A stretch of 64,000 nt of DNA from Eledone cirrhosa (Eukaryota), in the NCBI GenBank assembly GCA_964016885.1, contig OZ024743.1:335482001-335546000 (forward strand), written 5' to 3'. Below, one piece after another: positions 45,522 through 58,320 of the stretch. Position 1 is the first letter of the stretch. Each line of letters begins with the position of its first letter. The position numbers and the translations under genes are program-made. The notes beneath the pieces were generated by a model that ran no database searches, had not been told where the DNA came from, and worked only from the letters and a program-made list of their open reading frames with translations.

Positions 45522-46637
45522 TTCAACAGTACCTGTTTCCTTTAGACATTGAGCTCCCACAATTATGACTGTCACGTTCCTACCGACTGAACACTACACT
45601 AGGTTTTGATCCGTGATCATCTAACCATGGAGGACTCACTGTTACGGATTGAACAATAATACTTACACACCATTAATGGGCCTACACACATCCTCTGAAT
45701 TTTATGATCCTGTGTTTTTTTACTTCACCTTCTGTGTTGGATAACTCACCTCCACCACTCAAACAACTATCTTAAAAACTCTTTGGCCCATATGACGGGA
45801 AATCGCACTTACTGATGCATTTACCCAATACCTAACCCTACACGGAGCCCCTTGCAGGCATACATTGCAGTTGCTTGCACGCACGGATTTGGTGACTCGG
45901 ATTCTCAATGGGACAGCGGTACATACTGAGTTCGATATGAGCTGATTGCTTGCTCTTCACATGGATGTGTATATACCAAGACATACCCTTTTTTGGACGA
46001 TTCGGATGTGTATATACCATAACATACACTTGAAGATATCGATGTTACAATTCAATCTATACACGTATAGCAGAACACTGAACTTAACTTACTTGCTTGT
46101 GTGTGTATATGGGGCGTTGGTTAACCCAATATTTCCAATTTACATCGTCAAATTGAGATTTCACTAATGTAGCATCTGTTGTTTTGTGAACTAACTTTCG
46201 GTGGATGCTGTGTTGGTACATTCTTATATTTTTTTCTTATATTTGTTTTTTTCTCTGACATTGCTTCGGTTGTGTGAGAGTATTTGTGTACCCAACCACA
46301 CTAACTGTGAATTTCTATAATTCTACAGCTTTGATACTGTGTTGATGTGTGTATATATATGTATATATTTTTTTCTTTGACCTTGAGCCGGTGAATGTGG
46401 GTGTGGAGTGTGTGTGTACCCACTCACATTAACTGTGACCGACTATATCCCTACAGATTTGATTGATGTCCAGCGTCTTTTGCAGCAATAGAAAGCTGAC
46501 AACTTTTATGACCTCAACTAAAGCTAATAGCAGTCGCCGTGTCTCTGACTGGTGTGTCTCCATATGAGGGGATGAATTCTGTGAGAAAACATCTTTATTT
46601 TTATCCCTCATATCAAGAATTTGAAGACAATTTATTT

Positions 46638-46711
46638 TCACATGATGAGTTCAGTGATAATCGATCATGGCTTCACAATCGATCTATCTCTTATTGAAAC
46701 ATGTGTCGTGA
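46638..46711 (+). ncRNA. Degenerate hammerhead motif with a long stem II
   Basis: TCAC-ATGATGA-[GATAATCGAT...ATCGATCTATC]-GAAA-CATGTG-TC-GTGA-TTAAA. Confidence 0.5.
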
Positions 46712-47149
46712 TTAAATGATTGGAATTGTACCTTGCCTTCGGATTTTCATTTTGATACTTATACTTTGTTTTACACCATCTAGCTGTTCCCTTGGATGGA
46801 ATTGGAGATATACAAAAGCGTGGAGAACTTAATATTGCTAACATAAATTTATTGGACCATTTTACACAACCAATAATGAACCTTACAATATAACAACTAT
46901 ATATATATGTGTGTGTGTATGTGCGCGCACTCACACAAACACATGTAAATATATATATATATATTTACATGTGTGTTTGTGTAAATGCGTGCATACACAC
47001 ACACACACACACATACACATATATATATACACACACACAAACATATATATATATATATATACATATACTGGGTATCCACATACTTATATACATATACCCA
47101 CATATATGTACATATATATACACATACATAAATATATATATATATATAC

Positions 47150-47250
<101 letters not shown>

Positions 47251-47456
47251 GTATTAAGGGTACTATTTATGGTTATGTATGTAATAAAACCTTTCATGGT
47301 AATATATTATATATACAAACCCTAAATAGTGAAAGATAGTCATTAATTACTATCCTATTACCAGTAAGATAAATAGCTCAATGTAATAACATCAGTTGTT
47401 TTACAGAGCAGTTATATAGAGATTACAATAATCAAAGTTCAGTTTAAGTCATTAAT

Positions 47457-47505
47457 TTGCTTACAATTGTTTCCTCCAAACCGAGGTTTGGATTCTTCGG
47501 AGCAA
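47457..47505 (-). ncRNA. Minimal hammerhead ribozyme (family P)
   Basis: TTGCT-CCGAAGA-A-TCCAAAC CTCG GTTTGGA-G-GAAA-CAATTG-TA-AGCAA; palindromic stem III. Confidence 0.85.
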
Positions 47506-47642
47506 CTATTTACTGATCTATAACATACTTGACCTCCTTTTCAACCCAAGAGACACATAAAACATATGCACATATTGACCAACAGTGGGGTGACATTCAT
47601 CAAATGATATAGCATGGCAATTTACATGTAAAGGTTACAGGA

Positions 47643-47821
47643 TAAAAATAAAAATAAAAATAAAAATAAAAATAAAAATAAAAATAAAAATAAAAATAAA
47701 AATAAAAATAAAAATAAAAATAAAAATAAAAATAAAAATAAAAATAAAAATAAAAATAAAAATAAAAATAAAAATAAAAATAAAAATAAAAATAAAAATA
47801 AAAATAAAAATAAAAATAAAA
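47643..47821. repeat. Perfect (TAAAAA)n, ~30 units
   Basis: Direct reading. Confidence 0.95.
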
Positions 47822-48621
47822 GCAAGAATGAAAATAAAGATAAACATGAAGCGTCGGCAGTCTATGAAGATAAAGCAAGAGGAAAGCTTAGAGTAGTCAG
47901 TGTATGAAACAATCTCACGTGTAGCATGCACGCGTGTCTTATTTATACATGATTAGAGTGCGTCAGAATGATATTTGCAGGGTCAGGCAGATGAAGCAGG
48001 CAATCGATCTTATTATGTGGGCTGAATTATTAAGTCATTTATTCTCTTACATCTGTATGATATACAGTCTCGGATGCAGGCAAACACAAAAATATCACAA
48101 ACTTTCAACATACTATAAACCTTATTGTATCGTAGGCAAAGCCGTACCACTGTCTTCGCTCACACCACCACTCACATAATCCATGAGACGCAATATATAG
48201 AACACGTGTCTATCGTATGATTCACGATGGCTCAGCATATAATCAAGTTATAAACCGTATCCAGTCGGTTCTTAATTAATAGATCATGCTGTCCAGATTC
48301 CGGAAGTGTCTGAATGACTAAGGGGAATTAATGCGTAAGGGGAGGTAACTAGCTAGTTATCTTAGTTAAATTACTATCCTAAACTACATTAATGGTCATA
48401 CAAATACGTGCCTATCATATGAAGTTATAACTAATTTCTAGAGTATGTTTCCCAAGTATAGGTTAGAGAGTTGTCCATTAAGAAGTACGAGGGTGTATAT
48501 ATTAGGATGATTACCATACATTAAGGGGTGTCATATCTGAACATTCTATAAGAGGAGTCAGACTCTCAAGTCACTGTTCCATGCAAATGTAATATAACAG
48601 TAGTACCTGGTATGGTCCCAC

Positions 48622-48652
<31 letters not shown>

Positions 48653-51417
48653 CCCCCCCGGTAGGCTTCGGGTCATTGCATGTCTGAATCTCCGGTAAAT
48701 CTTCGGTATGGTCCGGAGATCCAATTTCACATATAAAGGCACTAGTCTGGTCATCAAGCAATAGACAACCCCCATCTCATATATAAATCAATTAAGTATC
48801 ACATCTACAAGTTAGAGTGGAGTCTATTAATAGGTACTAAAGGAGTTCACATCAAGATGATTACAATCTGGAGATTAAATCTCTCATACCAGGGCACCTG
48901 TCTGGCCACCAAGTAATACGTAAACTCACATCCCACATATAGATCAGGTATCCCATCTACAAGCTAGAGTGGAGTCCAGTAACAAGTACTAAAGGAGTTC
49001 GTATCATGATGACTACAATCAACATGGGGTGCCACACCCGGCCAATCCATAAGAAGAGTCAGGCCACATAATTAATTACATGGGTCTCACTATCAGTAAT
49101 GGTCTTATTATCATACATGACTCCCGGCGAGATTCAGGTCGTAGTATGACTGCATCCCCAATAAATTCACCAGGGTGGTCCGGTGGCCGGTTCTCTCGTC
49201 AAAAGGTGCCGGTCAGGTCACCAGGCAACACAGAGGCTCCTAACTCATGCATCTCCTGTGCATAATTCATTGAACTGATCGTTTACAGTATATATTCACA
49301 TAACAATACGATTATCCATCTAATCATCAATCTATCTCTTGGTGGGAATCCATGCACAGGACTATGTTATCGCAACCAGTACCGTGTCCCCGGTTTATAC
49401 TAATCTTATATTTGTGCAATGCAGATTAAGTAGTCCACGGTCGAGATATCAGAATTAGAGGTACAAGGGGGTATTCCCAGGGTAGGTGGTACTAAAATGC
49501 TGTCAGTATTATCTTTAGAGTATACAAATGGGTGTGGATGTGAGGTGTAAGGTGAGCTACTGATGTTAATTGCTAGGGGTGGTGCCGGTTCCAGTCTGAC
49601 ATTATTATATATAGGGTTTAAAGTTTTGGAATGAGTGTCGGAAGCGGTGTTGGCAAGTTGCGAACACTTCTGATTTTTTATTAAGGAGATTATGTTTAGA
49701 GAAGATGATAGTATGGGTCTCTAGTAGACAGAGGTTACAAAATTTATTAGGTGGTTTGTACGATGTTGCACTACCTACCACTTCCCATTTAAGTGTATAT
49801 ATTTTATTTTTAGTTTTTAGATAGTGTATGTAGCTAGATAGTGAAGTGGAGTTGGCTAGACTGTGTTTTTTGAAAGAGTGGAGGTGCGAATTGTATCTAG
49901 TTTTGAAGCAGTTAGAAGTAGAGCCTATATAGGTTTCAGAGGAGTTGTTAGTTGTGACTGTACATGAGTATATGATATCCTTGGTTAAGCATTTTTATCT
50001 AAAGGGCAGGTTCTACTTGATCTACAGTTACAATTACTCTGGGTGCTAGTCTGCCGGTTACTATGCTGTGTAGAAGTTTGGATGTTAGCTATAGGGTTAT
50101 GGTTATGTGGGTTGTGGTACGCAGCGTTAATGTTTACACTAGTAAACATTAATATTACGGTTATTTGCTATAATGTTACTTTGACTGTTATTTTGAATGT
50201 TATTTTGAAGGTTTATCGACTGTTGTGATTTAGTTTGTTGGAAGTAAGAATTAATTTTTCTTTTATTTGTACTAGCTATGTGGTATGCTAAGTTAGGCGT
50301 AGTAGAGTATGAGATCTTAATAGTGTTTTTGTTTAAAAGGCCGTGGTACCTGTGGCCGGATGGGAAGTGTTTATCTAGTAGTGAGAAGAAAACCCTAGGT
50401 AGGTTGGTAGAGACGTTTAAATTGAAAGGAGGGTTGAAAAATGTATTATTTCTTCTTCTATTTCTGTTTTTTATGTCTGGTGATTTGTTTCCTTTAATGT
50501 TCCTATGGTCATTTCTGTGGTGCGGGTTACTTTTGTTGTTACAATCCCTATTAGTGTGTGTGCAGTTGCTATTCCTATTGTTAAATTTTCCCATGGATAT
50601 GTTGTGTGAAATGATGCTGTAGCTATGTGTTTTTGTAGGTAGGAACTCTATCCCTGTATTATGGCCTGATCTAGCTAATGCCTGATTATAATACTGCGAG
50701 TTATTGTTAAATGTGTTTATGTCATAGGATAGATTAGAGATTCTATTAGATACTCCCTTAGAGATAGAGTTCAATATAGATTTAGGGTGGTTAGACTTGG
50801 TATCTACGTAGATGAGTTTTTCATTAGGTTTGTGGAAAGGTGCATATATCATTGAGTCTAGGTAGAGTGTGGCGTCTAGGAAGTTGACGTTTTTGGTGTT
50901 TTTGTCCATGGTAATACTAAGGTTAAAGTTTTTGAATGTTTTGTGCAATAGTTTTCTAGTCCTTTCTATATTGAAATTTTTATAGTCTATAAGTAGATGT
51001 GCATCGTCGCGATACAAACCACCGGTGAGGTACGGAAGTTCCCTGTGGATTTGGTTAAGTAAGTATAGGCCAACTAAATCAGTGACCTGCGCCGAGTCAC
51101 TAGACCCCATAGTAATGTCGAAGTTGTTTTGCGTATCCTTGCGGGTCCATAATTGGTCTTCAAAGGTGATTATTGTTTTACGGGCCGCAAGTATGACATC
51201 AATCTGGGGTCTAGTCAAGTCACTATTGTCCATGGCCATTATAAGTGCCTTATTAAGTAGGATAGGGGAAATAGAGGTGTAGTAAGAGTTGATATCAAAA
51301 ATTGATATAAAAAATTCAATATAGAAAGGACTAGAAAACTAAATATAAGTATGTGTGTCTGTGTGTTTGTATATATATATATATATATATATATACATAA
51401 ATCCCCCCACACACACA

Positions 51418-51488
<71 letters not shown>

Positions 51489-51490
51489 GC

Positions 51491-51534
<44 letters not shown>

Positions 51535-51682
51535 TTAGGTTAAATCGATACACATATAACATATATTATATTACTCAACAAAAAAAGCTGAAAGCTTAAT
51601 TTCTACAAATTTAAACGATATACGAAAAAGGCTCTTTCATATATCTAGTTGAGAAATAACTAGTATTATGTACATACATATA

Positions 51683-51862
51683 ATAATTATTTCTACTTTT
51701 GGCACAAGGCCAGCAATTAACCAGTGCATTACTGGTACTTTATTTTATCGACCCCGTAAGGATGAAAGGCAAAGTTAACCTCGGCGGGATTTGATCCCAG
51801 AATGGCAAGGACCGTAACTCTATGCGTCAAAGCATGACGTCCGACCCTCTACCTATACTGCT
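51683..51862 (-). mobile_element. SINE family A (further copies 15031-15122 -, 52247-52405 -, 52628-52843 +, 58040-58255 -)
   Basis: Homology to the other copies. Confidence 0.85.
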
Positions 51863-52448
51863 AGAAAGAATCAAGTCAAGATTGTTTAAAATTCACTTAT
51901 ACGGCGGTTTCCAGAATATGAAGCCTATAATCGATCTAATGATTGGGCTCAATCACCATTCATCGATCTTAGATGATTTGGTTTGGTTTAGACAATGGTC
52001 TGGAGATATAGCTGGTTTAGTTGCCGACTGCGAAGCAGATTACATGGTACAAATTGTCAGACCATATCACACATACAGAAGTGTTTGTGTGTGTGATAGT
52101 AATAATATATATATAGTTCAATAGATTGTAACCTTACGTTACTGTTGGTTCACGAACTTAGAAGGATCCATTTATATATTGTACGTGGTATTGTACGCTT
52201 GGTGTTATACTATGGTCAGTTTCTTTCATAAGCAGAATGTAATATTAATAATGTTTCTACTTTCAGCACAAGGCTAGCAATTACCCCAGTGCATAACTGG
52301 TACTTTATTTTATCGACCCCCGTAAGGATGAAAGGCAAAGTTAACCTCGGCGTGATTTGAACTCAGACAGCAAAGCATGGCGTCCGACCGATACTGCAAA
52401 TCCAATAAGTAAGAATGAGTGTCAAAGTATCAACATTAAGTTTATTCT

Positions 52449-52528
52449 GATGTAACGTACGTTTCGCGATCAATTAGCCCATATTTACTAAGACTCAGGC
52501 CTCCCTCTGGAATCAACTCATCAGAATC
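52449..52528 (-). ncRNA. Degenerate hammerhead motif
   Basis: GATT-CTGATGA-GTTGAT...ATCGC-GAAA-CGTACG-TT-ACATC, then AATAAA. Confidence 0.55.
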
Positions 52529-52929
52529 TTGGTTTCGTTAATAATGGGAGATACCCGCGTACAGCTTTGAATTACTATTTCGCATTCGTTTTAGGTGTTT
52601 TGTTTATTACTATTATATATACATATAAGGGCGCTGGATTGGCAGTATCGGTAGAGCGTCGAACACCATGCTTCGCGACAGAGAGTTACGTTTCTTTACG
52701 TTCTGATTTCATATTCCACCGAGGGTAACTTTGCCTTTCACTCTTACGGGGTCGATAAACTATAATACCATTCATGCACTGGGTCAATTTAATCAACTTT
52801 CCCCTCCTCCAAAATTACTGACCTTGTGCCTAAATCAGAAACCATTACATATAGATATGATGGCTGAAAACTCTGCTAAGAGTTTTGAAATCGCTTCTCA
52901 GATTATAGAGTTCGGTTCACTTTTAGGCT

Positions 52930-53370
52930 AGGACCAGCCACACGAACCTACAGTAGATCCTGAACAAGCAATGCCTGTGCTTTGAAGGTTTTTTAAGTGG
53001 GGAAAAGCCATGCACTCGACCAATCCCACTCTCTGAGCATCGAAAACACTACCCGAAAAGGAGAACTTGTCATCATCATCGGATACTTCCCAAGCCGCAG
53101 ATTTTTATTTTCAGAGTTTCCCTCTCCTAGATAGGTGTTGTGACAACAATTGCGGGCCTTTTGACCTCAGATGAACCAACAAAAAAAAGGTCCAATTTCG
53201 ATGGCCGATGACTCTGCTGAGTTCCTCCGTCCTTTGCCGGGTTTTGTATTTCATCCCGCAGGGATATCACCCTCCTTGGTGGGGTTACAGGTTTAGTCGC
53301 TGACGACGGCGGCCACGACACAGGTAGTACTGGGTTACATGTTACCAGTAGCACACAAGAGCGACCTGTC
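52930..53370 (-). mobile_element. RTE-type 5'UTR-like element homologous to 33830-34020
   Basis: Shared CTAGGAGA.GG.AAACTCTGA, GTATCC.ATGATG.TGAC, AGAGAGTGGGA, GCACAGGCATTGCTT. Confidence 0.65.
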
Positions 53371-53401
<31 letters not shown>

Positions 53402-53423
53402 CACAACGCAAACACACACACAC

Positions 53424-53540
<117 letters not shown>

Positions 53541-53576
53541 CATATACACACACCACATATATTATATGTATATATA

Positions 53577-54473
53577 CAAGGTGTGTCAGAAAAGTTCCAG
53601 GTCTGATGTCACAAAACATTTATTTCAAACCCAAACTTCACACTAAGAGTTTTCTCCTTCAAAGTAATCCCCCTGGAGTCTAATACACTTTTCCATCTTT
53701 TTCTGCCACGCATGCATGCACTCCTGGAAGGATTCTTCCGGGATCCTCCGCAGGTCCGTAGTCACGGCCGTTTTGATGTCGTCCACGTCTTCAAAACGGG
53801 TCGCCTCCGGGTCGTACTCGAAGATCCATGACTCATCACCGGTGATGACTGTCCCTAGCAAGTCGGGTTCGGTTTCAAGACGCTCGAGGATGTCCTGGCA
53901 TACTTGCATGCGTCGACCCTTCTGGTCATCGTTCAGCAGTTTTGGCACCATCTTCGCGCAGACTTTCCGCTTGTCCAAATCTTCAGTGAGAATCTTCCAG
54001 ACGCTGTCCTGATTCATGCCCAGCTCATTTGCCATCAGTCGAACAGTCAGCCGACGATCGCTACGCACCATCTGCCTGATGCGCTCAACGTTGACTTCAG
54101 TCCTGGTTGTTGATGGCCTTCCGCTCCTGGGGTTATCTTCCACGTCCTCGCGTCCTTCTTTAAACCTCCTGCACCACTCAAAAACACGTGAGTGTGACAT
54201 CGTCTCATCTCCATAAACTTGCTGCAGCATTCCCAGTGCTTCTGACGGAGTTTTCAAGTGTGTTCGTTGCTCTGTGCTCATTGCTTGACGACCTGAAACA
54301 GAGGACATGTATATAAAATTATGAAGAAAAAAGTTTGATCGCTGCAGAGAGCTAAGATTACAGTTACATACTCCAGGGAGATTACTTTGAAGGAGAAAAC
54401 TTATATCTGTGAAGTTTGGGTTTGAAATAAATCTTTTGTGACATCAGTCCTGGAACTTTTCTGACACACCTCG
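53577..54473 (-). mobile_element. Mariner element, internally deleted, with ~100-bp TIRs and TA TSD
   Basis: TIRs CAAGGTGTGTCAGAAAAGTTCCAGG.. / ..CCTGGAACTTTTCTGACACACCTCG; ORF 53643-54308 has DNPRSGRP, CAKMVPKLL and ITGDESWIFEYDPE fused directly to TRFEDVDDIK. Confidence 0.93.
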
Positions 54474-54654
54474 TATATATATATAAAAAAGAAAATTTCG
54501 CTCTACATGGCTGAATACAATAAATGTAATCTGAGTTTTTCGAACATTGTTTGCAGAATTGCAAACGAATCGAATGTTATTATAAATATTCGAAAAACTC
54601 AGATTATATATATATATATTTATATATATATATATATAAGGTAATATATAAGGT

Positions 54655-54775
54655 AATGTTTACAGCACCTAGGTTTCCCAAGCGGTCACCCATCTAAATA
54701 CTAAATAGGCTCGACGTTACTTAACTTCGTTAATCGGGCGAGAACCGGTGATGTCAGCGTGATATGGCCGTAAAC
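54655..54775 (-). pseudogene. 5S rRNA: 5S rRNA copy, probably a pseudogene
   Basis: GTTTACGGCCATATCACG...CCGGTTCTCG.CCGAT...GAAGTTAAG..ACGTCGAGCC...TTAGTA.TT.GATGGGTGACCGC.TGGGAA...GGTGCTGTAAAC; full length, solitary, several substitutions, no T-run terminator. Confidence 0.9.
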
Positions 54776-54926
54776 ATCGATTCCTGGACCGGGCGAACCG
54801 TTATGTCCTTGAGGAAGACACTTTATTTCACGTTACCTAAGGAGAGATCTTGTTGAGTCAAACAACGCCGTACGGTAAACTATCCATATATATATATATA
54901 TATATAGATATAGATATTATTACTAC

Positions 54927-54962
<36 letters not shown>

Positions 54963-55917
54963 GTAGTAATAATATACTTGCTCAATGTATTGCGCTGCAT
55001 GACAGAACCCAGAACCACACAGTTAGTAAGCAGAACACTTAACCAAATAGCAATGACTGTGCCTAATTGTAAGATATGTGTTTCTTTACCCTTGATATAT
55101 ATGTGTAGGATGCCAAGCATCAATTCACATGCATATGTGTGCGTGCATGTGTACATGTACGTATATGAATGTGTAAATATTGGTTTACATGTTCACCAGC
55201 ATTTAGAAAATAGTTAATGTGTGCGTGTTTATCTAAATATATGTGTAGCAGTACGTTTGTGTATGTAGATCTGTGTGTATATAATACTAGATCGCCCGGT
55301 GTGTGTATATATAATAGTAGACCAGCCGTGAGCTGTTGAGTCACGTTCCCTTAAAAATACTTCTTTTAAATCATGTTTACTTAAAAATATTTTTTTAATA
55401 ATTAAAAATTATGATGATTATTTATACAAACTGGACAAATTACGTTTTGATAAATTGATGGCTTGTATTAGAGAAGCCCTACAGTCTATGTTGATTACTG
55501 ACACGTGAAATGTACTCTAATCATTTATATCTAGGATATAAGTCTGTACATTTTCAGCATATATATATAGAGAGAGAGGTAGAACACTGGAAGGTAATAC
55601 CCGTAATGGTAGAGCACTCAGTCCATGGAACGAGTTAGGTAGAATTGGTTACACAACAGTTAGTTCACCACTCGAGAACAATAGTTTCACCTTAGCGGAT
55701 CTTCGGCTCGTAAGGGACATGGTTATACGGAACGTTACCACTTATATATATATATATATATAAGCAAGATGTATGGTAGGTCGTATGTGAATCGCGATGA
55801 TCACGCCTGACCTACCAAATATACGACGGTAGCTAGTTAAGCTCTATGCGTGTAAGCAGAGCAGAAATATTAATGAAAAAGAACAAAGGAACTATTATGA
55901 CATTATAACAAGTTTAT

Positions 55918-55964
55918 TGCCGACAGCCGTTTCGTCCGACCATATGGTGGGACTTTTCAAGGCA
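55918..55964 (-). ncRNA. Variant hammerhead ribozyme (UUGAAAA core) in a pLTR-like unit
   Basis: TGCC-TTGAAAA-GTCC CACC ATAT GGTC GGAC-GAAA-CGGCTG-TC-GGCA; AATAAA overlaps the 3' end. Confidence 0.75.
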
Positions 55965-56325
55965 TATAACATGTGATTGTAAGTTCATTATTTACATCAA
56001 CGTTTCACTCAAGATTAGCAGTTTGAAATTATGGTATACATCAGCAGCTCCGCTTGTATATTTGGGGTCTATATTCTAAGGGGGCTCTTTTATATTAGTT
56101 GTCGGAGTTGTAAAAGAGATGGGTTATTTGAAGAGGGCCTAAGAGTCAGGGATTGAAGGTTAAAAATTAGATAATTTATAATTTATGCATTAAAAGTAAA
56201 GGACTTGGGACCTCGTAGAAGCACCTTAAAAAATCCCTCAATAAGTGCATAAAGCTTATAAGCCCCAATAAACCTAACAAACCAGAAGAGATTAAGAGAC
56301 TAAAAAAATTAAAAAAATTAAAATT

Positions 56326-56428
56326 AAAAATATAAAGTTTCCCCAAAAAATATAAAGTTTCCTAAAAAAATATAAAGTTTCCTAAAAAAATATAAAGTTT
56401 CCTAAAAAAATATAAAGTTTCCTAAAAA
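56326..56428. repeat. 20-bp tandem repeat (AAAAAAATATAAAGTTTCCT) x~5
   Basis: Direct reading. Confidence 0.85.
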
Positions 56429-56500
56429 TTTCCTTGGAGGGAAAAAAAATTTTTTTCGAAAGAAAAAAATTTTCTTCCCCAGAGATCAAGTTAAAACATT

Positions 56501-56786
56501 TCAGTATATATATATACAAATTACGAACATGTTTTGATAAATAAATTTTCAGTGGGACGAATGTAGGTTAAAACACATGATCTTGTGATTAGAAAGTGAA
56601 CTTCTCATCGTAACATAACTCGGTGAGGAAAGGCATTGTCTTATGTGTTTGTGTGTTCGTATGTGTAAACTTTAACTATATATATATTGTTAAAGTTTAC
56701 ACATACGAACACACAAACACATAACATAATGCATTTCTTCACCGTGTTATGTTACTATGAGAAGTTCACTTTCTAATCACAAGATC

Positions 56787-56838
<52 letters not shown>

Positions 56839-56879
56839 ATAATATAGCAACTATTATAAAATGACATACGTCATACATT

Positions 56880-56921
<42 letters not shown>

Positions 56922-57202
56922 CTTGTGATTAGAAAGTGAACTTCTCATCGTAACATAACTCGGTGAGGAAAGGCATTGTCTTATGTGTTTGTGTGTTCGT
57001 ATGTGTAAACTTTAACAATATATATATAGTTAAAGTTTACACATACGAACACACAAACACATAAGACAATGCCTTTCCTCACCGAGTTATGTTACGATGA
57101 GAAGTTCACTTTCTAATCACAAGATTATGAGTTTTAAGCTACATTCGTCCCACTGAAATTTATTTATCCAAACATCTTCGTAATTTGTATATATATATAC
57201 TG
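56501..57202. repeat. Nested double palindrome X-A-A'-spacer-A-A'-X'
   Basis: A = 56577-56676 and 56917-57016; A' = 56689-56788 and 57029-57127; outer arms 56501-56576 and 57130-57202. Confidence 0.9.
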
Positions 57203-57265
57203 TAGTACAAATTTTGTATAAACATCCAAGGCTTTTGTGCAGTCAGCCCATAGGTTACCTTAAGT

Positions 57266-57320
<55 letters not shown>

Positions 57321-57407
57321 ATAATAATAAAATATATATATATGATTTTTGCTTTTCGCTTCGCTTTTCCTACCCGCTGAAAATGCGATTCTCGCTGAAT
57401 CTGTATT

Positions 57408-57484
<77 letters not shown>

Positions 57485-58257
57485 CTGTGTGTGTGTACAT
57501 GCATATATATGGAGTGTGCACATGCATATGTAAGGAGGGATGTGTGTATATAGGTTGAGAGAGGGAGAGAGAGAGATGCAATGTACACTTTTCTGCATTT
57601 TTATATATGGGTATTTATGTATATGCATGCGTGTTTGTGTGTGCTTGAATGTGTCTGAGTATGTAAATGTGCGACTGCGAGAGTTTAGGTACCAAGAGTG
57701 AAAACGAATATTTGAATGAATGAATGAGAAACGATTAAGGTGTGAATGACTGAATGAACGAATACATGATTGAAAGAATGAATGAATTCATGAATGAATA
57801 AATGAACGAATTGGTGAGTGAGTGTATCACCCATCCATTCATAGCTAGATGAATGGATGGATAAAACTGAATGATAGGATGAACAGAATAATGTATTGTG
57901 GAATAGAAAAAGAAATGGAAGTAACGGTTTTAAAAAAGAACAGCGTTTGTCAATACAGCATATAGTTCATGTAAGTGGGAACAGCTTCGGAATGTAGAGA
58001 AAAGTGCAAACGTTATACACATACATACTTCATAAAATTATTGGTTTCTTTTTAGGCACTAGGCCGGCAATTTGGAGGGAAGGAATAGTCGATAAAATCG
58101 ACCCCAGTGTATAACTGTGCTTTGTTTTATCGACCGCATGAGGATGAAAGGCAAAGGTAATCTCGGTAAGATTTGAACACAGAGCGTAAAGGCATTTAAC
58201 TATATGCTGCAAGGCATATTGTCCGACGCTCTACCGATACTACAAATCCACCGTCTT

Positions 58258-58299
<42 letters not shown>

Positions 58300-58320
<21 letters not shown>

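Noticed and set aside
57377-57408. CTGAAAA-TGCGA TTC TCGC-TGAATCTGTA hammerhead-like motif
   Set aside because: GAAA is broken and there is no stem I; at best a decayed copy
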